A stretch of 45,827 nucleotides of DNA, the filler included, from Jimgerdemannia flammicorona (Eukaryota): assembly GCA_003990765.1 (NCBI GenBank). It is 2 parts of 2 records of this genome, joined end to end, with 100 filler letters (N's around TTAATTAATTAA, not from the genome) between each part and the next. Parts side by side here need not be neighbours in the genome. Positions count along the whole stretch, not along the records: positions 1 to 22,870 come from RBNJ01001192.1; 1 more part is not named here. One strand, given 5' to 3'. Shown here one piece after another: positions 1 through 9,960 of the stretch (position 1 is its first letter; each line of letters starts with the position of its first letter). The notes beneath the pieces were generated by a model. The model had not been told where the DNA came from and did not search any database. It saw only the letters and a list, made by a program, of their open reading frames with translations. Both the position numbers and the translations under genes were made by a program.

Positions 1-1027
1 AGATTCTGAGGTCTGGGGGAGGGGGTATTTATACTAGTGAGGGGCTATCTGGACTATGCTAGATATGGATGTAGCACTAAGTGCCTTACTGAGTCAGAAT
101 ACAGTCACATAATACAAGTGTGATCTGACATGTCAAGAGATTGTCTGACTGCTGAGTCAGTTCACAGTCACATCGTACAAGGCTAATCTATCTATACTAT
201 GACTGCTAAGCTATTTATAGATTTAGGCACTGTCTGGTTAGTCCTTGATGACATCACTATTGATGACATCATCACTGGCAAAGTCTGAGCAGTTTTCTGA
301 CTTCTGACCTCATCAGTTTCAAGGTGTCGTCACTTCTATCTCTTATAAGATTAAGGCTGTCCTTGGTGGCGGTGGTTGTACAAGGATAACAGGTCTTGGT
401 TCTCTTTTTTTTTGGTCTGCTGGCACATTTGCAAGGACTGGCCATTCTTGTCTAGGGCGAGGGCTCCCAATGTTGCGGCTGGGGGTTCGAACCTCTCGGA
501 AATGATATTTTCTGTAATCCGAGGCAATTTCTAGTAGTAATATCTGTCACATGGATGGCTTGAGATTGGTTTCGACATTGTCGGCTTTCTTGAGTTCAGA
601 TGAAGTGTCCGTCACTCTCCAACAGAGGTGACACAGATAAAGTGAACAGAGTTGTTCAAATGCGTTTTGCTTCTGCTAAGTAATGAGGTCTTGTATAGTC
701 ACGGTATATCTTGGTCTTGAGTTGATAAGTGCAGTTCGTGAACCTTTCGATGGGTGAGATAGGGTTCTTCTTGTCTTAATTTGAGTTTGGTACTTTCGGT
801 TTCTTTTGTTATAGTATGGTACACCAAACTAGCTATAGCGGTTCAGAGTCAGTTTTATGGTTATAGTACTTCTTCTAGTATTCTTGTATCTTAGCGGTGG
901 GCTCTCATGCTTGCTGGCATATTTCGTGTAACCAGATGATCTCTTGTTTTGTAGTCTCACATGTGGTTTCCAAATTAGTTCTGAGGATACCATGCAATTT
1001 TGGTGGCTTGGAGGTTGTGCGCTTACA
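1..1027 (-). repeat. 3' LTR of element A (partial)
   Basis: Matches 4894-5924 with about 30 substitutions counted by eye, all transitions; starts TGTAAG on the minus strand directly after the PPT. Confidence 0.95.
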
Positions 1028-1061
1028 ACTCTCCCCTTCTTAGCTTTTGACGTCCTCGTCA
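1028..1061 (-). promoter_or_regulatory. Polypurine tract and upstream AGGA-loop hairpin of element A
   Basis: Minus strand TGACG-AGGA-CGTCA-AAAGCT-AAGAAGGGGAGAGT then TGTAAG. Confidence 0.85.
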
Positions 1062-1985
1062 GGGCCTTCTAATTTGCTCTGGTGTTGTTGTACCATTTGG
1101 ATGGTTCTTGTGGCTGTGTTTGTTGAGGATTTGTTCAACCTTGTATTCTTCTTGGTCATTAATAATGACAGGTACAGGTGGTTCTGTGGTTTGGTTTGGA
1201 AATGTGTCTCGGACCTTCTGGAGTAGTGGTTTGACACAGCTGTCAACTTTGGAAAAATCTTCTTCAGAGTTCTTGGGTTCTCCTTTGGATGGTCGTATGG
1301 AGATGGCGAAGAGAGGGCATTTCTTGGCCAATTTTTTGAGTTGTAGCTTGTTGATGTAGGTGATTTTTGGTCCAGGGTCACTAGAGTTGAGTGGGTCCTT
1401 TTCACCTTATAGTTTGAAGTTGTGGTGTCCTTTCTTGATGATCAGAGAATGGTTTACCCAATCGATCATGGGGTTCTCTTGTTTTAACCATGGAGTCCCA
1501 AGGATAATTTCATTGTCAGGAAGTGGTACGATTTGGAGGGTAACATGTACTCAGTAGTCACCAATTCGGAAGGGTAGGTTGCGGACTTCTTTGCTAATAA
1601 CATGTGAGATTCCATCAGCTGTAGCAACTGCTTGAGTTTGCTATACTGGGGAGGTGAAGACCTTGAGTCTGTTGGCTGTCTCCTCATTGATGAAATTGTC
1701 TGAGGCACCACTGTCTATTATAATCTTGACAGGTGCTCTGTTGACAAAAGCCTTAAGGGTGAGCAGTTTGTCTGATCCAATTGTGGTGATTTTGGTTGTA
1801 GGAGCTCTTCTCCTGTTGGTTCTTCTTTGAGCCAGTTCATTGACACAAGAGAAGCAATCATCGATCATTTGGGAAGAGTACATTCCAATACCATGAGGGC
1901 ATCAGCCACTTGGTATATATCCATCTTCTATCTTCTTATAGAATTGTTCTTCTTTGCTTATAGTAGGTTGGGCTGGGGCCTTGTT

Positions 1986-2396
1986 CGATGAGCCAAATCC
2001 TTTGGATCCTCGGATGGTGGGCAGTAATTCAGGGACTTCCTTGACTGTCAGGGTTGACTCGATTTTTTCGAATAGGATCTGGGTGATGCAAAAGCCAATA
2101 GGGATCTTGAAGGGTGTCCAACTGTGGTTTCAGATAAGGACAATGATTTCACCTGTATAATCTTCATCAATGACTCCTCCTTCTACTGAGAGTCCTTTCA
2201 GTGCTAGGCTGCTGTGACAGCATATTCTTCCAACATGTCCTTCAGGGATTTGGATACTGATTCCTGTATAGACTTGTTTGACTTCTCGGTTGGAAACTAT
2301 AGCTTCTTCGGCTGCATATAGGTCATATCCGGCTGCTTTTTGACTTCCTTTGGTTGGGGCCTTAGCAGTTTGTCTTAACTTGACAAAGTCTAGTGT
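1986..2396 (-). pseudogene. dut: dUTPase domain (trimeric type), absent from the ORF track
   Basis: Manual translation gives all five motifs: AAGYDL, GRICCHSSL (RSS decayed), GGVIDEDYTGEI, FCITQI (RIAQ decayed), RGSKGFGSS; one TGA at 2130-2132. Confidence 0.95.
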
Positions 2397-4395
2397 TCTG
2401 GTGGTCAGGTTGTTGAGGTGGTGCAGAGTGGTAACTGTTGCTCGGGTTGCTGTTCAGGGTTTTCAGTTAGGGCAGGCACTGGCCATGTGTCCTGTCTTTC
2501 GGTAATAGAAACATGCTCTGCTTCTTTGAAGTTCATTTCTTTCACCTTCCGTAAGTTTTTTGAAGGTGCTTGGCTGGGTGGGTTCATGATTTCTGGGTGT
2601 CCAAGAGGTGGATGTGGAGGGAGCTCGGGATGCTTCATGCTTGGGTTCTTCTTTCTTGGTCCAAGTCTTTTCCTTGTTGTTGAATTGCTTTCGGGGCAGA
2701 ATTGGTCCAGCTGTTAGGATTCGCTTGACCATGGTCTTGATTCTTGCTAGGTACTATTGTTGGTGATCACAACCAACTGGGTGGCCTTGTTCTCAGATTT
2801 TTCTAGTAAGCCATTCAGGCAGGGCATCGAATAAATGGTCTGCTCTTGTACCATTTCGTGCTTCATCGTTGGCAATATATCCTAGGCCAACAGTGTTCAG
2901 GAGTGACTCGAGTTTTGTACAGAAGGTTTTGAATTCTTCCTTGCCATGTACATCAAATTTGAGGTTGCGGAGTTTTACTCGGGATTCAGCAATCATGGTT
3001 TCGCTGCAATATTGAGCAATCATGAGTTGTTTGAGTCCAGGGGCTGCAGGATGGGCTCCATATCCTGGGGCATTATTTGCTGTATTCTGGGCAACCACTG
3101 CAGGTCGGGTATCCCATGTGAGGGGTTTTTCAGGAAGAGTTTGCCACCATTCTTCGGCAGGTCCTCGGAAGAATGTAACAACTTGGCGGACATAGGCTGT
3201 AGTGGTAGCAAAGAGTTGTTCCAGGGTGTGGTCTTGATTGTTTGTCAGAACACAGTCAGCAACTTGCTCATTAGTCCATTGATTGGCTTCAAAGTTAGTG
3301 TCAACTACACTAATGAAGCTTTGGACTTCTTGTGCAGTACCATTGAAGGTAGGTAGGCTCAGATTTTTGGTAGGTCGGGTCTGTTCAGCTAAGGTAGTAA
3401 TGGTTGCTGCCATTATAGCTACTTGGGCTGTGAGGTCTAGAATCTGTTGGTTTGCCATGTTGATTGCTGGAGGCGGTTGGACTGCTGGTAGTGGTGTTAC
3501 TGGTACTACTTGAGGTACTGGTGCAGAGTGTGATGGGGTTCTTTGGGTCTGTGTAAGTTGCTGGAGTAGTAGTTATAGATCTGGGGTGAGGGCTTGATAG
3601 ATAGCTGTTTGTTGCTGTGTAGGTATATTCTGTCCTGATGGATGTGTGTCTCCTTCGGTGGTATATCCGGGATCAAATTCAGTGAGATACTCCTCCTCCT
3701 CTTCGGTTTGGTCCCCATGTAATTGGGTTTGCTTGGTGTCAAAGTAGACAGAATCAGTTATATATCTGATTTCGGATGGACTTAATTCAAAGTCAAGTTC
3801 AGGTTCGGTATTGGTTTCAGATTCAGGTAGGGCTGTAGCAGGGCCTACTTCAGGTTCGGAGTCAGGTAGTTGATGAAGGATTTCTCTTGCTTCTTCCTTA
3901 AGGATATGGCAGGCCTTGCTGTTCTGGAATCGGTAGTATAAGGCGGTCTTGGTCCTGGTGCGGTGAAAGTCGGTAGAGTTGAGCCACTTAGCTACAGAGG
4001 CTTGGGCTTCGTAAGGAACTAAGGCTAAAAAGACTACTGCTGGTTGTCCTAGGTCGCTCGGATTTGTGAAGCTGACAAAACTCTTGTTGAGAAGAGTAAA
4101 GAAGGCTTCAATAAGACCTTCTTCATCTTGACTTGCTGGGTGTAGTGCAAGGAGTTCGGTGAATAGGGTTTCGCCTATTTACTAGTATAACTTGAGTACT
4201 TCTTTTTTTGAATGAAGTTTGTCCCACTTATTGCAGGTGTGGAGGTCAAATTGTCCTTGTACGTCAGATTCAATTCTCTCCAGATTGTCAGATGGTTCAG
4301 AATAAATTCCAGTTCAGAGGTTGGGCTTTATATCAACTTGTAGGAATTCGCAGAAGGGTTTGTAGTGGGGTGAGGAAGCGTCTTGAAGCGGAATT

Positions 4396-4417
4396 GGATT
4401 GAAAACTGCTGCTACCA
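4396..4417 (-). promoter_or_regulatory. Primer-binding site, tRNA-iMet-like
   Basis: TGGTAGCAG 3 nt after the LTR end, complementary to the CUGCUACCA end of eukaryotic initiator tRNA. Confidence 0.75.
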
Positions 4418-4420
4418 AGT

Positions 4421-5924
4421 TGTAAGAGAGTTACTTTTTAGGGTAGCTATTATGTAGTTCTAGAAGGTTTTCTGAAAGTTCTGGATATTCTGGAAGACCG
4501 TTTTCTTATGGTCAAGATCAATTTTGTATGGAGTACGTCCTCTACGCTTATTGATTTCAAGATCGGGTTGACGTCTCAACCAAAGTCCTTTTCCGAACTA
4601 GTTCTGGATGTTCAGGATTTTCCATATTTCAGGAAGTTCAAGAAACTAAGACCAGCTTAGTTGAATTGGCGTATTGCTACAGACAATACCCAATTAGGAA
4701 ATTCCATGACGGGGTTAGGAGTGGGACCTAACAGGGAGCGGATTTACTTAAGAGTGGTTTGTGGGTTATTAAATAGGTTTATTCGCTATTTATGATATTG
4801 CTATACTAGGAGTATTTGTGTGAAGGGGTATTGTGGGGAAGTGCTCAGGAGTTGTGTTCGGATTGTTCAAGTCTTCAAGTCTGTTCAAGTCTAAGATTCT
4901 GAGGTCTGGGGGAGGGGGTATTTATACTAGTGAGGGGCTATCTGGACTATGCTAGATATGGATGTAGCACTAAGTGCCTTGCTGAGTCAGAATGCAGTCA
5001 CGTAGTACAAGTGTGATCTGACATATCAAGAGATCGTCTGACTGCTGAGTCAGTTCACAGTCACGTCATACAAGGCTAATCTATCTATACTATGACTGCT
5101 AAGCTATTTATAGATTTAGGCACTGTCTGGTTAGTCCTTGATGACATCACTATTGATGACATCATCACTGGCAAAGTCTGAGCAGTTTTCTGACTTCTGA
5201 CCTCATCAGTTTCAAAGTATCGTCACTTCTATCTCTTGTAAGATTAAGGCTGTTCTTGGTGGCAGTGGTTGTACAAGGATAACAGGTCTTGGTTCTCTTT
5301 TTTTTTGGTCTGCTGGCACATTTGCGAGGACTGGCCATTCTCGTCTAGGGCAAGGGCTTCCAATGTCGCGGCTGGGGGTTCGAACCTCTCGGAAATGATA
5401 TTTTCTGTAATCCGAGGCAATTTCTAGTAGTAATATCTGTCACATAGATGGCTTGAGATTGGTTTCGATGTTGTCGGCTTTCTTGAGTTCAGATGAAGTG
5501 TCCGTCACTCTCTAACGGAGGTGACACAGATAAAGCGAATAGAGTTGTTCAAATGCATTTTGCTTCTGCTAAGTAATGAGGTCTTGTATAGTCATGGTAT
5601 ATCTTGGTCTTGAGTTGATAAGTGCAGTTCGTGAACCTTTCGATGGGTGAGATAGGGTTCTTCTTGTCTTAATTTGAGTTTGGTACTTTCGGTTTCTTTT
5701 GTTATATGTAGTATGGTACACCAAACTAGCTATAGCGGTTCAGAGTCAGTTTTATGGTTATAGTACTTCTTCTAGTATTCTTGTATCTTGGTGGTGGGCT
5801 CTCATGCTTGCTGGCATATTTCGTGTAACCAGATGATCTCTTGTTTTGTAGTCTCACATGTGGTTTCCAAATTAGTTCTGAGGATACCATGCGATTTTGG
5901 TGGCTTAGAGGTTGTGCGCTTACA
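4421..5924 (-). repeat. 5' LTR of element A, 1504 bp
   Basis: Bounded by the perfect inverted termini TGTAAG...CTTACA; PBS adjacent. Confidence 0.92.
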
Positions 5925-7038
5925 ACTACATAACTACAGCCCCAATTCTTATATGTCCCAATCTACAGAAGCCATTCATCTTATATACAGATATCTTCAA
6001 AGATGGCCTTAGAGCAGTTCTAGCTCAAGAAGGATCTGACTAATATTACTATATAATAGCTTATATAAACCAAGCAATCAATCAGCAACAAACTAACTAT
6101 AGTAGCACCAAACTGGAATGTCTTGCAGTTATATAGGCAGTTACCTTGTTCAAGTATTATCTTATCAGAAAAAGATTTACTCTGATAACTGACCATATAG
6201 CCCTCAAATGGCTATTTAATCACAAGCAATCTACTAGAATCCTAGCCTGCTGGATCCTTATCCTTCAGGATTACAAAATTACTATTATCTACAAAGTATA
6301 AGAGAAAGAAGGCCCAGCAGAAGCCAGGGGAATAAACTCAGAGCCAGAGTCAAAGCAGATAGAAGACATATGAAAAGGTATATATAAGGGAGATGAATAA
6401 AGAACATAACTGAAAATGTATCAACTGTTTATTATCATACAAAAGTGCAGTCCTTATATATAAAATATAACATCCCAAAAGAGAAGATGTGTCACAATAT
6501 AGAAGTAACTAAATTAGAAATTATATGATCATTAGAGATAAGTAGAGATAAAGAAAGAGTCAATCTTAGTTATAGGATAAAAATCACAAATAAATATAAA
6601 TAAAACAAATCTAAATTAAGATTAAAAAACATCCTTACCCTCTCCAGGATCTTACACTTACTCTGGAGTCTCAGCCTTTACTCTACTATCCTTCACTGCC
6701 TTCAGCCTCTTGCTTTGCTTGGGCTTGCTGTAGCTCACTCTATTTTAGCCTCATCCCTCACTCATACTTATCCCTCTAGGGTCTGCAGATGTTTTGTAAT
6801 TTCAATTTGGATTTATTTTATTTGTATTTATTTGTGATTTTTATTCTATAACTGAGATTGGCTCTCTCTTTATCTCTACTTATTTCCAGTAATCATGTGG
6901 TTTCTAATTTAGTTACTCTGTATTATAGCATATCTTCTCTTTTAGGATATTATATTTTATATATAAGGACTATACTTTTGTATAGCAATAAATAGCTGAT
7001 ATATTTTTAGTTATATTTTTTATTCATTCTCCTTCTAC

Positions 7039-8290
7039 ATGTCTTTCTATATGTCTTCTGTCTACTTCAACTCTGGCTCTGGGTTTACTCCCCTGACTCT
7101 TACTGAGCCTTCTTCCTCCACTACTATTCCACCTACCCTCAGAGCCTCTATCTCTATTAATGAGGTTGTGGATGAGATTCCTCTTCCTCTTCCCCCCACT
7201 TTCATCTCCACTACTATCTCATTTGAGATTTATATCTCATCTGCTATTCTCTTCCTTCTTCTGGACCTTTGTTTTTCTGATCATCTACTCCTCTCTTAGT
7301 TCTGATCAGTCCTTGCCCTCTCCACCAAGGAGGCTCATCTCTGCCAGGATATCAATGCTATTACTCTGCCTGCTATCTGTTTTTTCATCCTCTCCAAGAC
7401 CTGCTATCAAATCCTCTCTGAGGAAATTTGCACTATCTCTATTACTGCTAAAGTTGCCACCACTAATACAGTTACTATAGCTATCACTGCTGTCTCTGTC
7501 TCCTTTCAATATACATGTGTCTCCTTTATGGCCCTTGCCTCCTCTTGCCTTCTGAATACTATCTCTTTCTGTGGCTTTGCCATTTATAATATTCCCTCCA
7601 CTACTGCCAACATTGATACTGTCTATCATTTCCTTCTTGCCAGTATCTTATTTGTTGCTTGTCTTTATGAGTAGGAAATATCACATACTACTACTACTGC
7701 TTGTATCACCACTACTGCTCCTGCTTCTTCCTTCTCTAAGATTTCTGTCTCTGAGGCTATTTATGTCAAGACTCATACTGTCACTTATGCTGAAGTTTAT
7801 TTCTTTACTACTGCTACTGCCAAGGCTCCTACCAAGACCTTTGCTAAGCTAAACAAGACTTTGTTGGCCTCTTCCCAGTCTTCTTTCCCTACCAAGGTCT
7901 CTACCTTAAATTCCCCTACTCCCAAGTATAGCCATACCCTAGACACTCACTCTGCTGGGGCTTGGCTATATACTATCTGCTCCAGTTGCCTCCACTATAT
8001 CTACTGGCATCTAGCTAAGTCAGTTTGTCTCCATAATGGTGTCCCTCATCCTGCAGCTTCTTTTGCTGCTTACTTTCACTCCCCTCTACCTCCTCTGTCA
8101 GCTCCTCTTCCTCCTCCTTCTCTACTCATGCCTCTGAGTGCAAGAGCTATACAAAAGCCTGTGGCTATAAGATCTGATACTCTGACAGAGTGTACTCCTA
8201 CTCATTAAGCTCACTATCTTCAAAAAAAGTCAGAGAGAAGAAGAAGGCCTCCCACTCTTAAACTTCCCCCTAGCATAGTTCTTTCCTAAT
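7039..8290 (+). pseudogene. Putative ORF1 of the Penelope-like element (Ser/Thr/Pro-rich, basic C-terminus)
   Basis: Track ORFs 7039-7299 and 7861-8208 share a frame that continues to KKSERRRRPP; starts inside the pseudo-LTR. No recognisable domain. Confidence 0.45.
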
Positions 8291-8350
8291 ATCCTTATCT
8301 CATCTTAGATTCCATCATCATTTCTGATATACTCTGAGTAATTTCTCATA

Positions 8351-9960
8351 TTGTCCCCCCTTTGTTTTTCCCAGTTACTTGTCCTGAATCTTCAGGTTTA
8401 TTCTTCTTCTAGAGTACTTTTGTCTTCTCTTTTTTCTTTGATTGACTGCCCCTTTTCTCTCCTTCAAGTTTTTGTCTTATTCTTGAGTTTTTGCTTTGTT
8501 TTTCCTATAACTCTCTCTCAATTATCCTCCACTAATCTAGCTCATCTTATATATTTTCATCATGCTCTTGACCTTGCTATCTTCTTTGAAGATTATAGTA
8601 AAATGCTCTTTCACTATTATGTCTCCAGTGATTGGGTCCCCCCTCTCAATGTCTCTTCATACTGTATATTCCTTGACATGGTTTGTTTACTGTCTGTTTC
8701 TAGACATACTTACTCTTGCTTGGTTTTGGACTATGCTGTATATATTGCACTTAAATCAGTAAAGCAATTGCCTTTGTACTTACTTATAGTCACTGATAAG
8801 AATCAGGATTTTGCACTTATTTCTAAGTTACTCTACCTTGATGGCCTTTCTGCCCTCCTTTATGCTGTGGCTTATGAGCCTAGTGCCCTTGGATTGGATG
8901 AGATTCTTATTCTTCTTTGGGTTTCTCTAACTTATGTCAGATTACTTTCAGACTCTCCATTCATGAACCCTATTTTTAACTTCTTTCAGAACTCTTTGTC
9001 CTCTCTGGATATTTATCTTCTAGTTTTCTATACTCTTCCTAAGGTTCACAAGCCTACCTTGGCTTAGTGTCCCATTATGGCTACTTTTAGTTTATCTACC
9101 ACTGAGATCTCAAAGTAGTTATCTCACTTCTTTCTCTTCTGAATAGTACTTCTTCAACACCATTTTAGGCCTGAGTATACTATTCTTTATGATACTTAGG
9201 AGTTTGCTCTCCTTTGTTCCACTATTATGCCTATTCACCATTTTTTCCATTTGGCCTCTAGTGATTCTATACTGCTATTTATTTTGATGAGATTGATGAT
9301 TGTCTTTACTTCTTGGATTCCATTGTTTTTTCTTTGAATTCTCCAGTTTCATTGGCTTCTATCATTGAGCTTATGCTCTTTGTCTGTAGCTCTAATTATT
9401 TCAAGTTGATTCTTGGCTCCTTTTACTGGATTTCTAGTATTGTTATAGAAATAAATTGTGCCTCCACTCTTGCCAACCTCATTGGCCTGGCCCATAAACT
9501 TCATATAATATGTGATCCTTCTTCACCTCTTTTCATCATATTTCAGGCTAGAGATATCTTGTTCTACTGATATATTAATGACTTTATTGTCCTTGCTATT
9601 GCTGGTATTGATATTTCTAATATATTTTGTAGTATCTACTCTTCTCATCATTCCATTACATAGATGTATGGCATGACCAATATCCCCTTTTTGGACCTTT
9701 TTATTTCTCTTTCTCCTTTTCAAACTGTTATTTATTCTCATTTCTCCTATTTCTAACAATTTTCTGACTTTTATTCCAATCTACATTATACTCTTTTTGA
9801 ATATACTCAAGATAAGATTTATTATCTTATACTTTGCTGCTCTTATCATTCTGACTAGATGTCTACTGTTCAGATTCTTGATAATTTTTTTAATTTATTG
9901 CTATGCTTACCCTATTTCTATCATTCACAATCTACTTGCTTCTATTGAATAATCTGTTAT
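8351..9960 (+). pseudogene. Penelope-type reverse transcriptase
   Basis: IVTDKNQD (ADKNxG), FYTLPKVHKPTLA*CPI (LPKxHK..RPI), EINCASTLANL (GxxxAPxLANL), FY*YIND (RYIDD), IPFLDL. Confidence 0.88.

Larger units (their letters stand above)
1023..4418 (-). pseudogene. Single-frame polyprotein: pre-Gag extension / Gag / dUTPase / protease / chromodomain stub
   Basis: ORF-track pieces 2793-3458, 2463-2732, 1641-1883 and 1059-1331 share one frame, broken only by TGA/TAA/TAG stops compatible with C>T or G>A changes. Motifs: CFYYRKTGHMASAC (decayed CCHC), IIIDSGASDNFI, IILGTPWLKQENPMIDW, EEYKVEQILNK. Confidence 0.9.
1..5924 (-). mobile_element. Ty3/Gypsy (chromovirus-like) LTR retrotransposon 'A', non-autonomous, dUTPase-containing; 3' LTR runs off the window start
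   Basis: Direct repeats 1-1027 and 4894-5924; PBS, PPT; Gag zinc knuckle, dUTPase, aspartic protease and chromodomain start in one minus-strand frame; no RT/RNaseH/integrase in the 3.4 kb internal region. Confidence 0.95.

Noticed and set aside
4711..4720. GGGGTTAGG telomere-like word in the A LTR
   Set aside because: Single unit, expected by chance.
5373..5390. tRNA T-arm/B-box-like GGGGGTTCGAACCTCTC in the A LTR
   Set aside because: No A-box or cloverleaf found; not called as tRNA or SINE.
6742..6758. Hammerhead-like core on the minus strand of the PLE repeat (reconstructed GATGAGGCCGAAAC)
   Set aside because: Both copies have GG where the conserved CU of CUGAUGA is needed, and the match depends on reconstruction; a covariance-model search on the consensus would be required.
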